DNA of 41,546 nt from Octopus bimaculoides (lineage: Eukaryota), in assembly GCF_001194135.2 (NCBI RefSeq), contig NC_068999.1:19809956-19851501 (forward strand), written 5' to 3'. A program made the position numbers and the translations under genes. This document shows, one piece after another, positions 1 to 11,628 of this stretch (position 1 is its first letter; each line of letters opens with the position of its first letter). Below the pieces are notes generated by a model that searched no databases, was not told where the DNA came from, and was given only the letters and a program-made list of their open reading frames with translations.

Positions 1-511
1 ATATATTTATATTTATATATGCGCGTGTCCTGTGTGACTCTGTGCATGCTTTTATACGCGCATGCATATGCAATTTGTGGGTAAATATTCCTGTGGTGGA
101 TAACATATTAACCCGACATCAATAGTCCTGCCTTAAATTCTTTCAAATTACTTTCTCATACATGAATGTATTTCATATTTAGCAATATAGTTATAATCTC
201 TGTTCCATTCACATTTTTATTTTTTTTTATTTTTATTTTCCCTTCTTTGTTACTTTCCCCTTTTAACCTTAGGTCCTTTCGATTACATGGTTTCAAAGAC
301 ATAAATACACAGCTAGATAGCATTCCCTGCGTTCATTATCTAATTGGTTACATAGTTTGCAAGGTAGCAAATTGATCTATTTCATGCGGATATGCCAAGA
401 ACGTTGTCACAATCGTATAATTAATTAACCCATTCATTAATAAACTAATTAGTTAATTAGGCGTTAGAGTCTGAGCAGCACTGAATATTCCATAAATGAT
501 TCTACCAGTTC

Positions 512-545
<34 letters not shown>

Positions 546-1249
546 ACGTGTGTATATATATCATTTCACATATTTGCATGTGTACACTTGATAGTAATTA
601 TATATAAAGCATTTGTATTTACATATGTACGCTGATAAACATGTATTTTATAAGCATGTGCACATACACACAGATACAATCATGTGACTATGTGTTTGCA
701 TACATTTGCAGATGCATACGTACACACACAAATTTATTGAATAACATAACTAACCTTCCATCCATACAAACATTCGTCTACCCATCCATCCATTTATTTC
801 TCTACCTATATATATATATATATATNNNNNNNNNNNNNNNNNNNNNNNNNNNNNNNNNNNNNNNNNNNNNNNNNNNNNNNNNNNNNNNNNNNNNNNNNNN
901 NNNNNNNNNNNNNNNNNNNNNNNNNNNNNNNNNNNNNNNNNNNNNNNNNNNNNNNNNNNNNNNNNNNNNNNNNNNNNNNNNNNNNNNNNNNNNNNNNNNN
1001 NNNNNNNNNNNNNNNNNNNNNNNNNNNNNNNNNNNNNNNNNNNNNNNNNNNNNNNNNATATATATATATATATATATATATAAGTATGTGTGTGTGTATA
1101 TATGTGTGTATGTATGTATGTATGTATGTATGTATACTTCTGTGCCACGGAATACTCAAAACTGTATAATACTGGCTTGGTAGCAAAACATTTTAATGAA
1201 CTTTAAAATCGTCTTACCACTAGTAGGATAGCGAAAGTAATGCTGGTCA

Positions 1250-2420
1250 ACTTGATAACATGGTTTCGAAATGAACGACAAATAAGTGCCTGTTTCTCCT
1301 CAGCCAGATTCTGCTAGATAACTACTACCGAATTATGCCCCACCATGCCTCTAAATTTCATCTCAAGTTATCAAAGGGTAATACATGAGTATTTGCATCG
1401 GTAAAAATAGAAGTCAAAAAGACTTCTATCCCACAAACTTCTGTCCACAACATAGCTTTTGTGAAGACGATCGAGTTTGATGGATATTTTATGAAGATGT
1501 TCATGCTGGGAACGCCCGGTAATTAGTAAATCATCTAGGTATGCACAAGCCCATGGAACATCTTTAACAATGTTGTCGATAATGCGTTGAAAAATTCCAG
1601 CCAGTGAATTAATTCCAAATGGTAATCTAGTAAATTGAAACAACACAATAGGGGTAGGAATCGTTCAATCTGAGAATATGCATGACTCACATCAATTTTT
1701 GTAAAGTACTTGCCTCCCGCCAGAGTCGCGTACACGTCTTCTATTTTAGGTAACGGCTACTTGTCTAAAACAACTGATTGGTTGACTGTAATCTCGCAAT
1801 TGCACACTGAGTCATTCGGTTTCATCACCGGTAAATGGTAGCTAGCTAATCAGAGTATTGAACTGGAGCAATAACACCTTCCGATTGTAAACATTGTAAT
1901 TCGGCTTCCACTTTTGCTCGCAAATCGTACGGAAGTATTCGAGCTTTACAAACCCGCGGTGAAAGTAATTTTATGTTTGCTTTTAATCCATTCAATTTTC
2001 CAAGCTCCGTGTCAAAGAAAGTACAGTATTCCTTTTTCTGTTACTCCACTTATGGTGTATCACAGTTTTAATCACGGTGAGTGTAGCAGATAATAGTCGT
2101 AACTAATCATGACCCAACAGGATTGGACGAATTCCAGTGACTACGTATACAGGTAGAACACGTTTGACATCACCCTGTTGCATGTTTACATTACAGACTT
2201 CAATTATTAGAATTTCTTGCCGGGTATATGTTTTTAAAGTAGAGTAGTTTATAGAAAATGGTGGTAAACAACTGACAGAACGAGTGGTAACATTAGGGAT
2301 TGAAACGCCCGTGTCAACTTCCATACGTACTGACTGACCTTCAATTATCACATCGAAAACGTAAGACTTTTTAACACCTCTTCTCCATCTTTGTCGAGTT
2401 TGTATAGGATACGTGTTCTG
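1250..2420 (-). mobile_element. Decayed Ty3/Gypsy LTR retrotransposon pol fragment (aspartic protease, reverse transcriptase, start of connection region)
   Basis: Minus-strand frames, broken by stops and frameshifts, read in Gypsy order: VIIEGQSVRMEVDTGVSI (D-T-G protease motif), RAKVEAELQCLQSEGVIAPVQYSD, PLPKIEDVYATLAGGKYFTKIDVSHAYSQI, LFQFTRLPFGINSLAGIFQRIIDNIVKDVPWACAYLDDLLITG (YLDD), then FRGMVGHNS..NLAEEKQAL. No LTRs, RNase H or integrase seen. Confidence 0.9.
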
Positions 2421-2611
2421 TAAATGTTCATAACCCAAAATTATACTTGTAATATTTTCCTATTTAAGAATATTTATTNNNNNNNNNNNNNNNNNNNNNN
2501 NNNNNNNNNNNNNNNNNNNNNNNNNNNNNNNNNNNNNNNNNNNNNNNNNNNNNNNNNNNNNNNNNNNNNNNNNNNNNNNNNNNNNNNNNNNNNNNNNNNN
2601 NNNNNNNNNNN

Positions 2612-2686
<75 letters not shown>
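2612..2686. repeat. (TG)n microsatellite next to an assembly gap
   Basis: Perfect dinucleotide run read directly from the sequence. Confidence 0.95.
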
Positions 2687-2687
<1 letters not shown>

Positions 2688-3380
2688 CTGTGCCCGTATG
2701 TGCACGCGTTTGTAGTTTTGCATTCGTATTTATAGCTGTAAACATATATTCATAAATATATTGAGAGGATAAATCGAACATAGGCTGTAGGTAATTGTAT
2801 ACTATTTTCAAGAATAATATCAATAATTCGTCGCATCGATCACCCTGAACATTCGTACGACATTCTATAGCAGAATAAGTTGATGTAAGGTTCATTAAAA
2901 TCTGCCCAGTTATTCCCTTTGAATACTGAAAATGATAATGGCTTTATGTTCCACTTGTGTTCTCTTTTTGAATATCATTATGTGACAAATTGAATAACCT
3001 GACACACAACCATATATACATATATATGTGTGTATGTGTGTGTAAGTACATTTGTATGAGTATATAAATATATGTTTGCATGCATGTATGTGTGTGTGTA
3101 TGTATGTATGTATGTATGTATGGATGTATGTATGTATGTATGTATGCAGTATGTTTGTATGTATATATGTATGTATCTATGTATCTATGTACGTATGAAT
3201 GTATATACACGTGGATAAGCACTTTGGTTTTCTTTTGATATAGATGTTCTACAAATATCATAAAGAATTTTGTGATAAAACGATATGAAAAATTGATAAC
3301 CGTGAAACACAAATGAAAATATATCGAATATATAATCATCCAATATAAATCGTTACAAAAATATTAATGCTTATAAGATC

Positions 3381-3409
3381 ATAATAATAACAATAATAAC
3401 AATAATAAC

Positions 3410-3455
<46 letters not shown>

Positions 3456-3530
3456 TGACACAAAATAATGTGGAACAGAATAATGAAGTTGATGATGATC
3501 ATGACGACGACGACGACGACGATGATGATG
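3381..3530. repeat. Compound (AATAATAAC)n/(AAT)n and (GAC)n/(GAT)n trinucleotide microsatellites
   Basis: Read directly; explains the poly-Tyr and poly-Arg/His ORF 3336..3542. Confidence 0.9.
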
Positions 3531-4449
3531 AATCTGGCTCAAGTATTACTAATGTGACAGACGGTTATAATATATAAAATAACAGGATAGATATTAAAAT
3601 ACATAAAAAAAAACTATAATTACTCTGTCATATGAATGACACGTTGTCAACGTTGTCGGCGAGGATAAATATTATGATCACGGTCATGATGATCATTATA
3701 ATCAACGCATAAATATTTCGTATGAAATCAAATGACCCAAAGATGATTAATATTAAATATTATACTACAATACATTACGTGTTCGTGCTTCTCGTTTTCA
3801 ATAAAACTTCATAACTGCGTGTGTGTATGCGTAAGCGTTAACAGATATGTGGATATATTAGTTAGAAGGTTGACGCTCAGTCGGTCACTTCCTCCAAATG
3901 ACAATGAACTGGTATAGATGATTTAACTATAACAGCATTTCAAATGCAGTAAGAACACCTATTACTACCACTAGCTCCGAGGTTACTTCCCCTTCGTTTA
4001 TAGTTATATAGTTATAGGGAACAAAACTGTTTCCTTGGGGATGGGTTGTACTGGTTTTGGCACCAGGTAGTCCTTCTTTAGCTTTTGCAATGCTAATCAA
4101 TTCATTTCAAAAATATCAGCCAATATGGACAATGAAAACGCATACAATTGCATCATAGTACAAACTCATCAAAGTTTTATTTCTTTCTGTGTGTATAATT
4201 ATATATTTAATGGATTCCTTCTGCTTAGAATTGTAAGTTTTATCGTACATCGATAGGTATATATATATATACATATATGAACTTTTCACCCCACCTTGCT
4301 ATACATATATGTGTATGTGTGTGCGTTCGTGACAGTGTGTGTGTCTGTGTGCACACGGGTACGTGTTGATGTATAGAAAACATAAGATGAAAATGCACTA
4401 GATTTTGTTTAGATCTTTTTTATTTAAAATTTCTAAAAACATAACTGGT

Positions 4450-5033
4450 TTAATAGATTTCTCTGAAGCGAACCTGGATTGTGGCATATTTATTCCACCA
4501 GTTTACATATCTTTGGGAATCCCATATCGGACGTAAACAGATTTCAATAAGTTCTTGGGGTGCTTGCTCTGGTCTGCGTGTTTTAGCATTGAAGATTTTG
4601 TATATTATTGTTCTCTTTCGTGTGTTCTCTATGATGTTTTGTGGTATGTTTAGGTGTAGGCATCAGCCCTTTTCTATTAAGAGGGCTTTGGTTTGTTTAA
4701 TTTGTTCTGGTGTGAAATGTAGAACTGTTTTTCTTTGTTTCAATGCTTCTGCAAAATNNNNNNNNNNAATTTGTTCTGGTGTGAAATGTAGAACTGTTTT
4801 TCTTTGTTTCAATGCTTCTGCAAAATTCGTGGTGGTGGTCCTGTTTATAGTGGTGGCAGGGGCATCCGTTGTAGTAGTTGACAGTGATGCTGTGGTGGTG
4901 GCGGAGGCGTCCGTTGTAGCAGTTGACGGTGAAGCTGTGGAGGTGGTGTTGGTGTTTGTCTTTGAGGTCATAGCCTTTGAGACGGTGTTGTTGTTGTTGG
5001 TGGTGGTGATGGTGGTGGCGGTGTTAGCATCCA
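4450..5033 (-). pseudogene. Thr-rich N-terminus plus globular domain, probably ORF1 of a decayed non-LTR (L1/Tx1-type) retrotransposon
   Basis: One frame: TTTT..NFAEALKQRKTVLHFTPEQIKQTKALLIEKG*CLHLNIPQNIIENTRKRTIIYKIFNAKTRRPEQAPQELIEICLRPIWDSQRYVNWWNKYATIQVRFREIY*, with a single internal TGA (4663-4665). Assignment to LINE ORF1 is from recalled resemblance to octopus repeat-derived proteins, not from a search. Confidence 0.45.
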
Positions 5034-5186
5034 NNNNNNNNNNAGATTTCCCGTGCAAACAAGTTGCACAACTGAATATATCAGTTGTTGCACAGCTTTT
5101 GTATATAAAATATGACTGAGAAACAAACTTTTTAGCAGCAAAAAACGCAAAACTTACGGAGCCGATGTGTCTACCGTCCGTCCATG

Positions 5187-5207
5187 ATAGATAGATAGAT
5201 AGATAGA

Positions 5208-5263
<56 letters not shown>

Positions 5264-5290
5264 ATAGTAGTAGGATGAGGAGGAGGAGGA
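5187..5290. repeat. Compound (TAGA)n-(TAG)n-(GAG)n microsatellite
   Basis: Read directly; gives the poly-Thr and poly-Leu stretches of ORFs 4663..5544 and 5154..5414. Confidence 0.92.
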
Positions 5291-6317
5291 TTGAAATTGA
5301 CTGTACTGAAGTGGGAAAGGTATGTGTCACTGAATAAATGAACCGCATCATAATGTACGTAGGATTTATCCGATAAAAGTCTAAACCGGTTTTGACATAC
5401 CCTTCTCCCATCATATCTTCCAGTATATTTTCTCTTCGCTGCGAATTTTTCTCTTCTTGGATTTCCTTTATGACCGATAGGTTCGTTCACTTCTCTGATA
5501 AAAAAATTCTTATTTCCTGTATGTTCCTTACCAAATATTTCCATTGTTCTTTACTAAATAAAATGTCTATTCATATTCCATTGTTATTTTCTTGAAAATG
5601 CGTTATATACAAGAAATATGCTATTTTGATTGCGTTATCATGTACGCCTTCCATTTTCATTTATTCTCCTCACGATAGCTGCCTCCTGCTAGTATTTTAT
5701 GTGTTTATATGCATGAAGAAGTGTAGTGTGTACGTGTGTGTTTGTGGTGTATGTAATTCTAACAACTAGTGTGCCTTGACTTTTCAAATTCGACTGTAAT
5801 AACATAAGCCCAAGATTTTATTTACGTTTCCTCTAATTATTTACAAAATTATATAATAAATTCCATACCTAATATTTTCCCTTCGAAACAAATTCCGTTT
5901 TGAGTTTTCTAATTTTCGCATTTATTAAATGTATTCTGTTGCCGGGACCATAATTTAATATCTGACCACATATTTATTTCATGTTTTTAATGTTTCAGCT
6001 GTATTAATGCTCATTTTTTTCTCATTTATAATTATAATTTATAATGAGCTTCGTTGTAAGCTGTCTCACTTCTTACAAGCGTTATTTTTTCAAACTTGGA
6101 TTTAGTAAGTGCTATTATACTATCTGAGAGCTGTGCATTGCAATTTGCTCTTCTTCGCATTGATATGACATGTTAACAATAGAGCATGATTCCCTGTTGC
6201 TCAATGTTTATGCTCTGATGAGGAAGGTATTGAGCTGTTTCAGCTGTTCTTTTTTTAATGCGGATTTTTACTCTACCTTATATTCACTAAATATTTCTCT
6301 TATCTCTCTTTTACACT

Positions 6318-6722
6318 CTTTTATTTGTTTCAGTCATTTGAGTGTGGCCATGTTGGAGCACCACCTTGAGTCGAGCAAATCAACCCCAGAACTTATTCTT
6401 TGTAAGCCTAGTACTTATTCTGTCGGTCTCCTTTTGCCGAACCGCTAAGTTAGAGGGACGTAAACACACCAGCACCGGTTGTCAAGCGAAGTTGGGGAGA
6501 CAAACACACACACACAAACATATACACACATATACATACATATATATACATATACATATATACGACAGCTTCTTTCAGTTTCCGTTTACCAAATCCACTC
6601 ACAAAGCTGTGGTCGGCCGGAGGCTATAGTAGAAGACACTTGCCCAAGGTGCCACGCAGTGGGACTGAACCCAGAACCATGTGGTTGGTAAAAAAGCTAC
6701 TTACCACAGAGCCACTCCTGCT
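6318..6722 (-). mobile_element. Octopus-type tRNA-derived SINE, full length (head, internal CA/TA microsatellite, tail)
   Basis: Reverse complement begins GCAGGAGTGGCTCTGTGGTAAGTAGC (Pol III A-box-like) ... GGTTCAGTCCC (B-box-like) ... GCAAGTGTCTTCTACTATAGCC; roughly 90% identical by eye to the head at 36155; tail ...GGTGCTCCAACATGGCCAC...AAATGACTGAAACAAAT matches 36590-36640. Confidence 0.87.
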
Positions 6723-7045
6723 GTTTTCAAGGAAAATTATTTAGTATCTTTAGTTGCTTCCTACTTATATTTTCGAATTTTCATTTCATCGCGCACAACA
6801 ATATCTGAATGTCGTCGTGACACTACCAAAGCGTTTCCTTTCGAAGTGAAATAGGCTACAACATATATATANNNNNNNNNNNNNNNNNNNNNNNNNNNNN
6901 NNNNNNNNNNNNNNNNNNNNNNNNNNNNNNNNNNNNNNNNNNNNNNNNNNNNNNNNNNNNNNNNNNNNNNNNNNNNNNNNNNNNNNNNNNNNNNNNNNNN
7001 NNNNNNNNNNNNNNNNNNNNNNNNNNNNNNNNNNNNNNNNNNNNN

Positions 7046-8390
7046 TGTGTCACTTTTTCGGTGGAGTATCCAGTATCTTCTCAAGGTTGTGAAATAGCAC
7101 AGGTGTTGATAGTTTCAATCGTATTCCGTGCGTTTAAGTTCGACTTAAGGATCACTCTCAGTCTGTGCAAGTACTCCACATTAAATTTTGTCATTTCTTT
7201 CTCCATCTGCTTCATAACCTTCTCCGACGGTTATGAAGTCCCCTTAGAAGATAGCTCTCCTGATCTCTATTGTCCCTAAACTTCTTCGATATGCTGTCAG
7301 TTCCGTCCCCCACTTCACCATAATGTTTCCAAGCAATCATTCAACATTCGATGCAATACCAAATAGGTTCATCCATTCTATAATCCAACAATGTGGGATC
7401 ATATCGTATGGTTTACAATAATCGATCCATGATATGGTAAAGTTAGTTTTCTTCCTCTTGCAGTCTGTAAGTACAGTTTTGTCTACCAGGAGTTGATCCT
7501 TGGTACCTCTGCACCCTTTCTGCTCATGTGGCAGGTCTCCATTTTGTTCCAGATGTCCGTACTCTGCGACTATTCCACTCAATAATTTCCACATAAGTGG
7601 CAAGCAGGATATCGGCCTGTAATAGTCTACCATATGGCCTTGTTTGATGTTTTTCAAACGCAGCACAGCCCAACGCATTGTCAAGCACTCTGGTGTTAAT
7701 CGACCGGCATTTAACAAGGTGTTGATTTGTACAGCTATTTGAGCATGACATTCACAAAACCTTTTGATCCAGTAGCCTGAAACTCCATCTGGTCCCGCGG
7801 GACTCCCAGTTGCCCAATTATTTGGCTGATTTCCTTGTATTCACTTACTGAAATAACTAATTCTGGCTGTTTCGGACTGACTACTGTTTGTTTCAGTTCT
7901 TGCAACCATTCAGCATCTTTCTTGTGCTCTTTGTCGTTGCTCAAGTTGTCACTCCAAAACCTTTGATTTTCAACGTTATCTGACAACAACTTTTCATTTG
8001 TATACTCTCCATTTATTTCCTTGTAGAATCTCTTGTGATCTACTCTCAACAACCTATTCTGCTGGTATCACCTGGCTCTTTGGTGGTATCTTACGATATT
8101 TGCTTACTTTGCAACGAGGTAGTGTTTCAGTTCTTCCGTTACCAATTTCAGTTCCTTTCTTTTAATTTATTTCCGGATCAGTTCCCCGTATTTCTGTTTG
8201 CTTTTAAGCTCTCCTTCCCTTTTGGGTCTACCATAGAAATGTCTTTCGGGGCCATATCTATTCCCGCCTGTATTCTTCTTTTCCACCATGGGTCTTTTCT
8301 TTTGTCACTCCCATTATATTTCTTTTTATTGACATCAACATCCACAATTTCCTCTCCAAAATTATTTGCTGCCTTCATCTAAGTATTTAT
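7046..8390 (-). mobile_element. Decayed non-LTR retrotransposon of the R4/Dong clade (RT region), internally deleted
   Basis: Minus frames in order: KDPWWKRRIQ, KLVTEELKHYLVAK, YQQNRLLRVDHKRFYKEING, NQRFWSDNLSNDKEHKKDAEWLQEL, YRPISCLPLMWKLLSGIVAE, LPHEQKGCRGTKDQLLVDKTVLTDCKRKKTNFTISWIDYCKPYDMIPHCWI, IEIRRAIF*GD, then EYLHRLRVILKSNLNARNTIETINTCAI. These motifs are typical of R4/Dong/Rex6-type RTs. Confidence 0.87.
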
Positions 8391-8394
8391 TCTT

Positions 8395-8457
8395 GAGGTG
8401 GAGGAGGAGGAGCAGGAGGAGCAGCAGGAGGAGTAGCAGGAGGAGCAGCAGGAGGAG
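8395..8457. repeat. (GAG/CAG)n trinucleotide repeat with a 12-bp higher-order period, at the 5' side of the R4-like ORF
   Basis: gaggaggagcaggaggagcagcaggaggagtagcaggaggagcagcaggaggag read directly. Confidence 0.88.
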
Positions 8458-9039
8458 AGTATTCCTGTATCAAGAGTAGATTAAGGTTGAGCTCTTACCA
8501 CCTATATTGTTTTCAGGTGCTCACAGGCCTCCGCTAGTCGGGCGATTCATTCGGGGAAATTTTCACTTTGGAATTCTCTTGAGGTTTAGGAGCAAAGAAT
8601 GGAATGCCCTACTTCGGAAAGACCTGAGTGTGAAGAAAAATCAGCTGGAATGCGTTCATCGGATGATTGTCCGATCGTACCCATTAGTAACTTCAACAAA
8701 TCCCTCGTGTAGCGTATGTAATTCGTTATGTAGCACAAATGCATTGCAATGAAACCCGAACAATGCAGGAACATTGCTGATTTGTGGAGTAATGTGGAAC
8801 TTCGCTAGTTCGTAATGTCGATTGGATGGTTCTGCGCTACTTTCGCAGAGAAAGATAAGTAGTTTTCCTGTGACATGTGGCTATAGCGAAAAATGTTGAG
8901 TGGCGGATGCGAAGGAATACATTGAAGTGAGACAATTTCCACTGCGGCCAAGGTCACATCAACCTTTACAAGTTCCATCAAGGAAAAAAGTGAGAAAAAG
9001 GTGTTATTTTTCTGTAAATTTGTACATTTACAAACATGC

Positions 9040-9322
9040 ATACATACATACGTACATACATACATACATTCCAAAATACTTTGTTTTTGATGTTGAAATT
9101 CCAATGAAGCAGCATTGGATCTAGGTTAGAAACCGACTTTTTCTCTATTGGCAAGAAGTCTTGAAATAAAACTGAACAATGACATACATACACACATACA
9201 TGCGTACATATATACATACACTCGCAAACGTATATGTATGCATGTATGTATGCGTGTATATGTATGTATCTATGTATGAAAGCATGCATTTATGCATGTA
9301 TGCATGCATGTATGTATATATG
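9040..9322. repeat. Degenerate (TACA)n and (TATG)n tetranucleotide arrays in both orientations
   Basis: Read directly; arrays at about 9040-9068, 9180-9220 and 9230-9322. Confidence 0.85.
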
Positions 9323-9324
9323 AT

Positions 9325-9420
9325 GAATAACTTTCAGTTTCCCTCTACCAAATGTAACCCAAGGCTTTGGCCGGCTTGTATGCGATTGTAAGCAAACGTC
9401 ATAGTATACAGCCACGCATT
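9325..9420 (-). mobile_element. Degenerate partial copy of the tRNA-derived SINE head
   Basis: ctttcagtttccctctaccaaatgtaacccaaggctttggccggc aligns with ctttcagtttccgtttaccaaatccactcacaaagctgtggtcggcc at 6571-6617; it follows a TATG microsatellite as in the other copies. Confidence 0.55.
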
Positions 9421-11628
9421 CGTGTATGTTTACTTCGTATTCGTTATATGTTGAACTGTTTTCGTCCGATTGAATTTACATGCACTCGTATATATATAAA
9501 TTCATTCCAGTGTCCAAGCTCTCATTTAGAAATGCAGGAGTCGGAAGTTGCTTTGGTTGTTTTCAGAATATTTTGATAATAATGCGAGGCTTACTGATTA
9601 AAGAAAACCAAAAAACCTGCCAGATTGCTGAGCTTAATGTTTGATTTTATACTTTTTAGTTCGCTGACCGCTATGGGAAAGAGGTTGACAAAGAGGGAAT
9701 TCTAGATTGTTTCTCTTCTAGAGATAATTAATTAAATTAAATATTCTGTACACGAATGGGACACGGTACACGTAAAATGATGTATAATGAGTATGTGATA
9801 ATTACTGGAATAACAATTTAGTACAGTTTAAACGTAAGAGTGATAGTATAAATACGAAAAGATCACAGTTTGGGTCTTGTGTCATATGCAGTTAATATGA
9901 AAGAAGTACAAAGAGATATATTATATATTGGGATTTTGTCTTTGGAAAGATATAACAGTGATATCACCGTGAATAATTTTGAAGTAGAGGTACGAAGCAC
10001 TATATCTCTACAAAAGACTGAGACAATGATATATTTTGTAAATTAATTCTTCAAATTTCAAATAAGTTTGCTTCGTTCAAACTTATTTTTAGTTGGGTCG
10101 TGTAAGTTAAACATTCGATTTTAGTTTCAGAATATGGAATCATTGCATCTCACAGGTGTTAACCATCTCAGCCAATCGTTGACGAGCACTTTAAAACATC
10201 AAATACAAATATTGTAGATGTAGGTGATATTGAAGTAATAAATGACGCACAACACAGCTTTTATTTTTGTAAATAGATTCGAAGAAATTCGTTTAACCGA
10301 ATAACAAAAATACCAAAGGTTTACCTCAGGAAAAGAAATTCGTAACACAGCTAATATCAAAAACTGTTAAAAAATAAATTTAAAAATCATATCAATTGAT
10401 TAAGTTATAAACGATCGACTTTGTTTTATTCTTCAATATTAATTGTGTTGCGAATTTACCTTGATTAATACCTTAGGCTGTGTTTCAAATAATTCAACTA
10501 ATTTCATTGGGTTTATTTAACTATGAAAGAAAGAAAGAAAGAAAACGGAAATATGAATAAAGAAAACAAAACGACAATCAATGACCATTCTTCCACATTG
10601 CCTCTTCTTCTACCCTCAAACGTGGTTTTATGGAATTCTAAATGAAGAAAAGCAAATTAAAAATTAATCAGCATATTTAATTATCTGAGAATAGAACAAC
10701 TAATTCGGTCGATGTTGAAATATTGATGAGAAAAAAAGAAACGGAATACAAAGCAATAAATTGCATTCTATTTGGCTGTGTGAAATTTTGGTTGGGAGAT
10801 AGGCGAGAAGTGTTAGGTACAGATATTGAGAAAATAGAGAGGAAGCGGCTAAAAGCTATTTAAAATTGATAAAATAAAATTTAGTTAAATTTAAAGAAAA
10901 AAACACAATGCAACGCGTACCTCTTTATCGATTCAACAATGTAGAATCGAATGCAAATCATACTTTTTTAAATAAATATATAACAAACATTGATTAGAGA
11001 ATAGCATCAACAGCCTACTTGTATAAGCCATTGCCGAAATCATAGTATGAAAGAAATTTTCGTTTGAATTTATATCATATTTTGACTCTAGCTGCGATCA
11101 GTAATTCAAAGCACGTGCTTTACTTAATATGTTTAAAGCTGTAACCCGTTGGGCAATAAATTTTATTATTAAAGATGTCTTCGTATTAAAGCTAAAGTAG
11201 ATTTAGGGCAAGCGAACAACAGGGCACAACACATCACTCTTCAGGCTATAGTTACTTGAAAGCTGCAACCCCTCTTCATTTTACTGTACAAAGTATATTT
11301 CTATTAAATGTACACACCAGAAGTTGCAGTAACTCTTTCATATATTTTACCCAACTTCAATTTCAAGCCATATAAACTACAGGGACGCGACGGAAATATG
11401 TCATTATACATTTCTGCAAATAAGCCAAAAATGTATTTGCCAGAAATTGGTTCGTATTTGCGGGAAGGACTGTTTCAACGAAGTCGCATATTGTCCTTAC
11501 CTTCGAAACGCGGAGTAGATGCAACAAGAACAACTGTGGAAGGGGAATATTCTTTATGTTGCATGTCTCGTTTCTATGTTTGTTTTTTTAGTTGTTCGAA
11601 ATAAAAGTCGTTTTCTGTTTTCGTTTTT

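Noticed and set aside
166-375. Plus-strand ORF and long pyrimidine tract with a possible acceptor at 272
   Set aside because: No recognisable protein and no convincing partner exon; low-complexity T-rich DNA.
641-1186. ORFs of 120-320 aa spanning N runs (also at 12.4-13.3, 18.5-19.3, 20.1-20.9, 21.7-22.6, 23.8-24.5, 25.3-26.1, 33.7-34.6 and 39.5-40.5 kb)
   Set aside because: Open only because N codons and TA/CA/TG repeats contain no stops; the translations are YI/HT/CV dipeptide runs.
4699-4826. 59-bp direct repeat on either side of a 10-N gap
   Set aside because: Identical overlap of contig ends across a nominal gap; an assembly artefact, not a biological repeat.
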